Source: Gemmatimonadota bacterium (GTDB lineage Bacteria > Gemmatimonadota > Gemmatimonadetes > Gemmatimonadales > GWC2-71-9). Taken from it: a stretch of DNA of 64,000 nt. Each line of letters starts with the position of its first letter. The stretch's first letter is position 1. Positions 58,333-64,000 of this stretch are shown here, piece after piece. Position numbers and translations under genes: made by a program. The stretch spans positions 1 through 64,000 of the forward strand of contig JBDHAB010000011.1 of NCBI GenBank assembly GCA_039588295.1, given 5' to 3'. The notes under the pieces were generated by a model that was not told the origin of the DNA, searched no databases, and was given only the letters and a program-made list of their open reading frames with translations.

Positions 58333-59457
58333 ATGAACCTAATCGGGCTACCAAGCTCGCGCCCCACCAAGAACCTCAAGAATGCGAAGATAATGGCCGG
58401 CGACCGCAAACGCATGAACGTCTTCGAGCGCTATCTCAGCCTTTGGGTGGCGCTCTGCATGGTACTCGGCGTGGCGTTGGGCCGCCTGGTTCCGGGCCTG
58501 GTAGGGGCGTTTCGCGGCCTGGAGTTCGGCGAGGGGAGTCACATCAACGTTCCTATCGCCGTGCTCATCTGGCTCATGATCTATCCGATGATGCTCAAGA
58601 TCGACTTTGCTTCGATCAGGCATGTCGGAAAGCGCCCGAAGGGTCTCTTTGTCACCCTGTTCGTCAACTGGCTCGTCAAACCGTTTTCGATGGCATTCTT
58701 TGGCTGGCTGTTCTTCCGTCACCTCTTTGCCCCGCTCATCGGTGCCGAGCTGGCAAGTCAGTACATCGCCGGTGTGATCATACTCGCGGCCGCCCCCTGC
58801 ACCGCCATGGTGTTCGTCTGGTCCTACCTCTCGGACGGCGACCCCGCGTACACCCTGGTCCAGGTCTCGGTCAACGACTTGATCATGCTCGTGGCCTTTG
58901 CACCGATCGTGAAGCTCCTGGTGTCCGGTGCCTCAGGACTCGACGTGCCGTTCCAAGTTCTGCTCTATTCGGTCATCATCTTCGTGGTGATTCCGCTGGC
59001 CGCCGGCTCCATCACCCGTCGCGTATTGATCGCTCGACGAGGCATCGAGTGGTTCAACACCCGCTACGTCGCGCGGTTCGCACCGGTCACGGTGCTCGCG
59101 CTCCTTGCGACCCTCGTGCTGATCTTCGCGTTTCAAGCCGAGAACATCACGACGCGCTGGTTCCACGTGCTGTTGATCGCGATCCCGATCCTCATTCAGG
59201 TGTACTTCAATTCCTCCCTCACGTACGGGCTGATGCGGCTATTCCGGGTGGACTACGCCGTCGCGGCACCCGGTGCGTTGATCGGCGCGTCCAATTTCTT
59301 TGAACTGGCGGTCGCAACGGCTATTGCGCTCTACGGACCCGAATCGGGCGCGGCGCTGGCGACGGTGGTAGGGGTGTTGGTCGAAGTACCGGTCATGCTG
59401 TCGGTGTGCCGTGTCTGTGTGGCTACGCGGCACTGGTTCCAGCCCGAGCACTCGTGA
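58333..59457 (+). CDS. acr3: ACR3 family arsenite efflux transporter (start may be 58393)
   Basis: FERYLSLWV, WLMIYPMM, NWLVKPFSM, AAPCTAMVFVW, GASNFFELAVA, GVLVEVPVML. Confidence 0.95.
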   Translation: MNLIGLPSSRPTKNLKNAKIMAGDRKRMNVFERYLSLWVALCMVLGVALGRLVPGLVGAFRGLEFGEGSHINVPIAVLIWLMIYPMMLKIDFASIRHVGKRPKGLFVTLFVNWLVKPFSMAFFGWLFFRHLFAPLIGAELASQYIAGVIILAAAPCTAMVFVWSYLSDGDPAYTLVQVSVNDLIMLVAFAPIVKLLVSGASGLDVPFQVLLYSVIIFVVIPLAAGSITRRVLIARRGIEWFNTRYVARFAPVTVLALLATLVLIFAFQAENITTRWFHVLLIAIPILIQVYFNSSLTYGLMRLFRVDYAVAAPGALIGASNFFELAVATAIALYGPESGAALATVVGVLVEVPVMLSVCRVCVATRHWFQPEHS

Positions 59458-59534
59458 CCGAATGCGCCGTGCGGGGCGCAGCCGCCCATGGGTGGAGTAG
59501 TACAACCACGGACATCCACCGTTACACTTGACCC

Positions 59535-60812
59535 ATGCGCACGCACCGCGTGGTGATTGTCGGCGGGGGGTTCGGCGGGCTCAGTGTCGCTCGGCGGCTT
59601 CGACGAGCACCGGTCGAGGTCACCCTCATCGATCGGCGGAACTTCCACCTCTTTCAACCGCTGCTGTACCAGGTGGCGACGGGTGGACTATCGCCGGGCG
59701 ATATCAGCTCCGCACTCCGCTGGATACTCCGGCGGCAGCGCAACGTGCGCGTATGGCTCGGCGACGCGATCGGCGTCGACGCGACGGGCAGACGCGTCCT
59801 GCTTGCCGATGGGGAAGTGTCGTACGACACGCTGGTCATTGCGACGGGGGTCACACATCACTACTTCGGTCACGACGAGTTCGAACGGCACGCGCCCGGC
59901 CTCAAGACGGTCGAGAACGCCACTGAGATCCGCACACGCATCCTGCGCGCCTTCGAGGCAGCAGAGCGCGAGCCGGACGTGGGCGAGCGCACCGCATGGC
60001 TCACATTCGTAGTGGTCGGGGCGGGACCGACAGGCGTCGAACTGGCCGGCGCCATCGCGGAGCTCACCAACCAAACCATGAAACGGGACTTCCGTGCGGT
60101 TGACACGACCACGGCGAGCGTGCTGCTGGTGGAAGGCACCGAACGGGTCCTACCTAGCTATCCCACCGATCTCTCTGCCAAAGCGGACCGGTCACTCACC
60201 CACTTGGGCGTCCAGGTACGCACGCGATCGCTGGTAACCGACATCTCCGAACGCGGAGTGCAGTTACGAACGGAGAAGGCAACTGAATCCATACCGACCC
60301 GGACGGTGCTGTGGGCAGCCGGAGTCAGAGCATCACCGCTTGGGCAGGCCGTTGCGACCGCCACCGGGGCCAAACTCGACGACGTGGGCCGGATCGTCGT
60401 GGAACCCGATCTCACCATTCCCGGCCATCCCGAGGTCTTCGTGCTCGGGGATCTCGCCAACTTCACGCACCAGACAGGCGAACCGCTCCCAGGGGTCGCC
60501 CCCGTTGCGATGGCTCAGGGTCGCTACGTGGCCGCCGCAGTCAAGCGACGCCTGCGAGAAAAGCCTGTTCCGCCATTTCGCTACCGGGACAAGGGACAGC
60601 TAGCAACCATCGGGCGCGCTGCCGCCGTGGCGGACTTCGGCCGGCTGCGCTTCTCTGGATACCCCGCCTGGCTGCTATGGCTCTTCGTACACCTCATGTA
60701 CGTCGTCGAGTTCGAGAACCGCGTGCTCGTCTTCGTGCAGTGGGCCTGGAACTATCTGACGCGCCACCGCGGCGTGCGACTGATCGCTCACGGCGATACC
60801 CGTCGATGGTAG
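59535..60812 (+). CDS. ndh: Type II NADH:quinone oxidoreductase
   Basis: GGGFGG, FQPLLYQVATG, GAGPTGVELAG, WAAGV, LGD, PGVAPVA, YRDKGQLATIGR, WLFVHL. Confidence 0.92.
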   Translation: MRTHRVVIVGGGFGGLSVARRLRRAPVEVTLIDRRNFHLFQPLLYQVATGGLSPGDISSALRWILRRQRNVRVWLGDAIGVDATGRRVLLADGEVSYDTLVIATGVTHHYFGHDEFERHAPGLKTVENATEIRTRILRAFEAAEREPDVGERTAWLTFVVVGAGPTGVELAGAIAELTNQTMKRDFRAVDTTTASVLLVEGTERVLPSYPTDLSAKADRSLTHLGVQVRTRSLVTDISERGVQLRTEKATESIPTRTVLWAAGVRASPLGQAVATATGAKLDDVGRIVVEPDLTIPGHPEVFVLGDLANFTHQTGEPLPGVAPVAMAQGRYVAAAVKRRLREKPVPPFRYRDKGQLATIGRAAAVADFGRLRFSGYPAWLLWLFVHLMYVVEFENRVLVFVQWAWNYLTRHRGVRLIAHGDTRRW

Positions 60813-60880
60813 CGAAGTCGCCGGCGTCACCCCGCGCGCGGGATCACACCGCGTGGCTCACGGCGCCCAGACGGTCCAAC

Positions 60881-61366
60881 TCACGCGCCGTTCGCCAACG
60901 CCTTCTTCAGCATCGCGATTTGGCCCGTGTGATACGCGTCGTGTTGCGCGAGGCCGTGCAGCATGCCGTAGAACGAATCGGTGCGTCCGGCGACGGAAAC
61001 TCCCTCGACCGGTTCGCTGAGCCGAGTCGGGGGAAACTCCCGGATGGCATCGCGCAGTCGACGGTGGGCCTCGACCAACCGTGACCTCGCCTCGCTCCAC
61101 GAGGCGTCGCCCATTTGCTGGACCCTCGGCCAATCCGCCTCACCCGTGAGGGGTCGCGCATCCTCCCAGAGGCGACGTGTGACCTCGCCCGCCCAGGCGG
61201 ACATGTGGAGCACGATCTCCCAGATCGAGTGGGCCCCAGGGATCGGCCGCGCTACGGCGTCGGACGCCGGGATCCCACTGAGAGCTTCCTGAATTGCCGG
61301 CCCATGCCACGCACCCCCGTGTGCCATCCGGTCCAGTTCATCGGCAATGAGCTCACTTTCCAACAT
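60881..61366 (-). CDS. DinB/YfiT superfamily protein
   Basis: AWHGP, HSIWEIVLH, HDAYHTGQI His triad; GGAGG RBS. Confidence 0.92.
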   Translation of the reverse strand: MLESELIADELDRMAHGGAWHGPAIQEALSGIPASDAVARPIPGAHSIWEIVLHMSAWAGEVTRRLWEDARPLTGEADWPRVQQMGDASWSEARSRLVEAHRRLRDAIREFPPTRLSEPVEGVSVAGRTDSFYGMLHGLAQHDAYHTGQIAMLKKALANGA

Positions 61367-61394
61367 GTGGACCTCCGTACTGAGCGTTCATGTG

Positions 61395-61467
61395 AAACCG
61401 ATATAGCGTATCTTACTGGTTATTGTACCTCGAGGTTTATAACTTGTCAAGCCGTCAATGTGGGTTA
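61395..61467. promoter_or_regulatory. Two WAACY-N18-GGTTA inverted-repeat boxes, candidate operators
   Basis: AAACC-N18-GGTTA at 61395-61422; TAACT-N18-GGTTA at 61440-61467. Confidence 0.55.
61422..61450 (-). promoter_or_regulatory. Near-consensus sigma70 promoter for the DinB-family gene
   Basis: Minus strand TTGACA (61450-61445)-N17-TACAAT (61427-61422). Confidence 0.8.
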
Positions 61468-61509
61468 GATTCTACCTGAGGTTACCTCGCTGGGGGGGGA
61501 TCTGGATCG

Positions 61510-62166
61510 ATGACCAAGACGGAGGGCTCTCAGCCGTTCAAATGGGTGGGTGAGTGGCTCTGCCTCGACTTCAACAACACGGTCGATTGGGATCAGCTCG
61601 AGGCGAGCACGGGAGAGCGGCTGCCCGACTTCAGTCGCTTGGCGGCATGGAGCCACGAGGCCGGCTTGTTGTCGCCGCGGACCAAGAAGCTCCTGCTGTC
61701 GAAGGCCGAGGCGCGACCCACCGCAGCCCGGCGCGCGTTACAGGAGGCCTGGACGCTCCGCCAGACTATACACGCGATCTTTCTTGCCGTGTCGAACCGG
61801 AAGCAGCCTGCAACGCGGGCCCTGGAGGAGCTGAACCGTCGTTTGGCTGACGTTCCGGCTCAAGTGGAGCTCGCATCTGCGACGCCGACCTTTGTGTGGG
61901 GGTGGCCGGCTCGGCGTGACGACTTGACCGCCATGCTGTGGCCTATCGCGTGGTCGGCGAGTCAGCTCCTCACCGCGCCGGCGCTCGCACGGGTGCGGAC
62001 GTGCGCCAGCGAGGATTGCGGCTGGATGTTCATCGACTCCAGCCGGAAGCACAACCGTAAGTGGTGCGAGATGGGCGTGTGCGGGAACCGGGCGAAAGCG
62101 CGGCGCTTCTACGAGCGGAGAAAGCAACGGAACCGTGGCGGAGGCAGTCGGCAGCGATCAGAGTGA
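61510..62166 (+). CDS. CGNR zinc finger / ABATE domain putative transcriptional regulator
   Basis: LCLDFNNT ABATE start; C-x4-CGWMFIDSSR...RKWCEMGVCGNRAKARRF. Confidence 0.93.
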   Translation: MTKTEGSQPFKWVGEWLCLDFNNTVDWDQLEASTGERLPDFSRLAAWSHEAGLLSPRTKKLLLSKAEARPTAARRALQEAWTLRQTIHAIFLAVSNRKQPATRALEELNRRLADVPAQVELASATPTFVWGWPARRDDLTAMLWPIAWSASQLLTAPALARVRTCASEDCGWMFIDSSRKHNRKWCEMGVCGNRAKARRFYERRKQRNRGGGSRQRSE

Positions 62167-62991
62167 CTCGCGCGGGATCACCCCCACAATCCGCAGCGGC
62201 CCTCCGCTCCCACCCACGATCTTCATCGGCAACGCGACGACGTAGGCCCCGGTCGCAGGCATCTTCTCGAGCGCGGCCACGTTCTCGAAGGCCGGAACGT
62301 TCTCGGCGTAGAGAACTTGGTGACTCTCGAACAGCGTCGACTGCCCGTAGTCGATACTCGGGGTGTCGATTCCCAGTGCATCAATCTGCCGGTTCTCCAC
62401 CAGCCAGCGGGCGGCATCGGGGTGGAGCCCGGGGAAGTGCAGCTCGGGTACGGCGTCGGCACCGGTCAGTGTAGTGCCGAGGTAGCGGCCGCGGTCGGGC
62501 CACCGGCTCCCCCAACCTGTGCGCAACAACAGCACGGCACCGCCCGGGATCGGACCGTGGCTCGCCTCCCACGCTTCGAGGTCGCTCACGCTGACTTGAT
62601 AATCCGGGCTGGACACGGCGACGGCACTGACGTCGACCACCACCGCGGCGCCGACTACGCGATCGATCTCCACCTGATCGGCGGTGTGCCTGCCCTCGGC
62701 AAAATGGATCGGTGCGTCGAGGTGCGTACCGCCATGCTCGGCCACGCAAAAGTTGTTCGCCGCATAGTAGTACCCTCCCTCGGTCATGCCCGCCGCCACC
62801 ACCTCAAGCTCGAACGGCTGTGCCGTGGGCCAGAACACGGTGGCTTCGTCGTAGGCGTAGCTGAGGTCGACCCACTCGGCCCCTTGACCCGAGAACACCG
62901 CAGCCACGGTCTCACTGGTCGTAGGCTCGCCGGACTGGCATCCCCCGGACACGGACACGGCGATCACGAACACTACGCTCGCATGTCGCAT
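62158..62991 (-). CDS. Cyclase family (kynurenine formamidase-like) metallohydrolase, probable lipoprotein
   Basis: EHGGTHLDAP, LLRTGW, FPGL, GIDTPSID, EN; SGGC lipobox; GAGGAGG RBS. Confidence 0.9.
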   Translation of the reverse strand: MRHASVVFVIAVSVSGGCQSGEPTTSETVAAVFSGQGAEWVDLSYAYDEATVFWPTAQPFELEVVAAGMTEGGYYYAANNFCVAEHGGTHLDAPIHFAEGRHTADQVEIDRVVGAAVVVDVSAVAVSSPDYQVSVSDLEAWEASHGPIPGGAVLLLRTGWGSRWPDRGRYLGTTLTGADAVPELHFPGLHPDAARWLVENRQIDALGIDTPSIDYGQSTLFESHQVLYAENVPAFENVAALEKMPATGAYVVALPMKIVGGSGGPLRIVGVIPRESL

Positions 62992-63155
62992 GTGGATCCT
63001 CCTCGCGATCCGCCCTGCAGTCACGGCGTCATGGACGCGGATGTCGTTGTCGATCCCGATCGAGTCGAGCGCGATGGCAAAGGGCACCCCACTCCCGTTG
63101 CCGCGTGAGAACGTCACCGGCCGGTTAGGATGCTAACTCGTGGATCGCCTCACCC

Positions 63156-64000
63156 TCACGCTTCATCATTGTGCACCGCCCGCCCGACAATGATGGTGAT
63201 GTTGTCGGTGCCGCCATCGTCGAGCGCATCCTGGAGCAGTGCCTCACACACCTGTTTCGCAGAGGTCATCGTGCCGAGGCGTTCGGCGATCTGCTCGTCG
63301 GACACGTGCTTTGTGAGGCCGTCGCTGCACAGCAGACCGACGCTCTTCCACGATTGTCTGATCCGGGTCACGACTGGAGCCGCCTCGTGCCCGCCGATCG
63401 CGCTCGACAACACGTTGGCCCACCGCGAATTCATGATCTCCGATCGCTCGACCACCCCCTGGTCGACCAACGCCTGCGCCATCGTCTGGTCCCGGCTGAT
63501 CTGCGTGAGCTGGCCGCCGTGAAACACGTAACAGCGGCTGTCACCCACCTGGAGGAGGTACGACCACGGCCACACTCCGATCCACAACGTCAGGGTGGTC
63601 GCCATACCACGTCGGCTGGGATCTCCCTCTGCTCGGTCCAAGACCGTGCTGTGGCACTGCATGGCCGCTTCCTGCAGTGCATCGAAAAAGGACTTCTCGT
63701 CCCGTGAATCGGCCGTATAGTAGCAGCTCATCCCGTACGCCGCGTACTGCGACGCGACCTCCACCGTGAGCCGGCTTGCCTCTCCACCCTTCTCTCCGCT
63801 CCCCACCCCGTCCGCGACCATCGCGAGATACGCGAGGCGCTCGCCAGCAAGCGGAAGCTGCTCGACGTCAGGCAGGCTCGTGTAATGCACCTCCATGAGC
63901 TTGCGCAGCGAACCGATCAAGAAGTGATCCTGGTTCGTCTGCCGCACGAGTCCGGGGTGCGTCAGTCCGTACACGTCCACTTCGTCGTCGAGCGGCTTGC
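63156..64000 (-). CDS. PP2C-type Ser/Thr protein phosphatase, 5' end probably beyond the window edge
   Basis: GLTHPGLVRQTNQD, VADGVG, GMATT, VGDSR, LCSDGL, GGTDNIT. Confidence 0.92.
   Translation of the reverse strand, partial: KPLDDEVDVYGLTHPGLVRQTNQDHFLIGSLRKLMEVHYTSLPDVEQLPLAGERLAYLAMVADGVGSGEKGGEASRLTVEVASQYAAYGMSCYYTADSRDEKSFFDALQEAAMQCHSTVLDRAEGDPSRRGMATTLTLWIGVWPWSYLLQVGDSRCYVFHGGQLTQISRDQTMAQALVDQGVVERSEIMNSRWANVLSSAIGGHEAAPVVTRIRQSWKSVGLLCSDGLTKHVSDEQIAERLGTMTSAKQVCEALLQDALDDGGTDNITIIVGRAVHNDEA

Noticed and set aside
58312..58392. Sigma70 promoter or ArsR box upstream of acr3
   Set aside because: TTGACA has no -10 element at 16-18 nt spacing, and only a half-site-like TCAAG is visible.
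62158..62991. 'Cyclase' as a nucleotide-signalling enzyme
   Set aside because: HxGTHxDAP marks the KynB-like metallohydrolase family, unrelated to nucleotide cyclases.

Overview
A GC-rich (~65%) bacterial chromosomal window with about 48 protein-coding genes. No rRNA, tRNA, CRISPR array or transposase/integrase was recognised. The repeated 'LxxALAxRYxIERExGxGGMATVYLAxD' Hanks kinases and the TonB/beta-barrel families suggest Gemmatimonadota (inference only). Contents in order: a 5'-truncated cyclic beta-1,2-glucan synthase; an exported metallophosphoesterase; four Ser/Thr kinases, one a frameshift-split SARP/BTAD-kinase-TM-TPR protein facing a DUF4097 lipoprotein across a SARP-type triple direct-repeat promoter; a stand-alone proline-to-pyrrolyl-carrier-protein-like cassette with a hexapeptide acyltransferase; an M23 peptidase; a Zn-ribbon-TonB fusion; a CMD/TetR pair; an 8-gene 3-keto-glycoside-type operon with DoxX, a signal-less ApbE and a Tat-type Gfo/Idh/MocA enzyme carrying a flavinylation-like DAVTSAT motif; a UXX-stop glutaredoxin-like selenoprotein gene with a SECIS-like hairpin and a -1 frameshift, missed by the ORF track; a lipid-modification/signalling-like block (STAND cyclase, MpaB/Lcp oxygenase, GGR-like reductase, membrane patatin, DUF6989-like protein, TonB-dependent receptor, kinase); then acr3, ndh, a dinB/CGNR pair with paired WAACY-N18-GGTTA boxes, a KynB-like cyclase-family protein and a PP2C phosphatase. 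All family calls come from motif recognition by eye; no searches were run.
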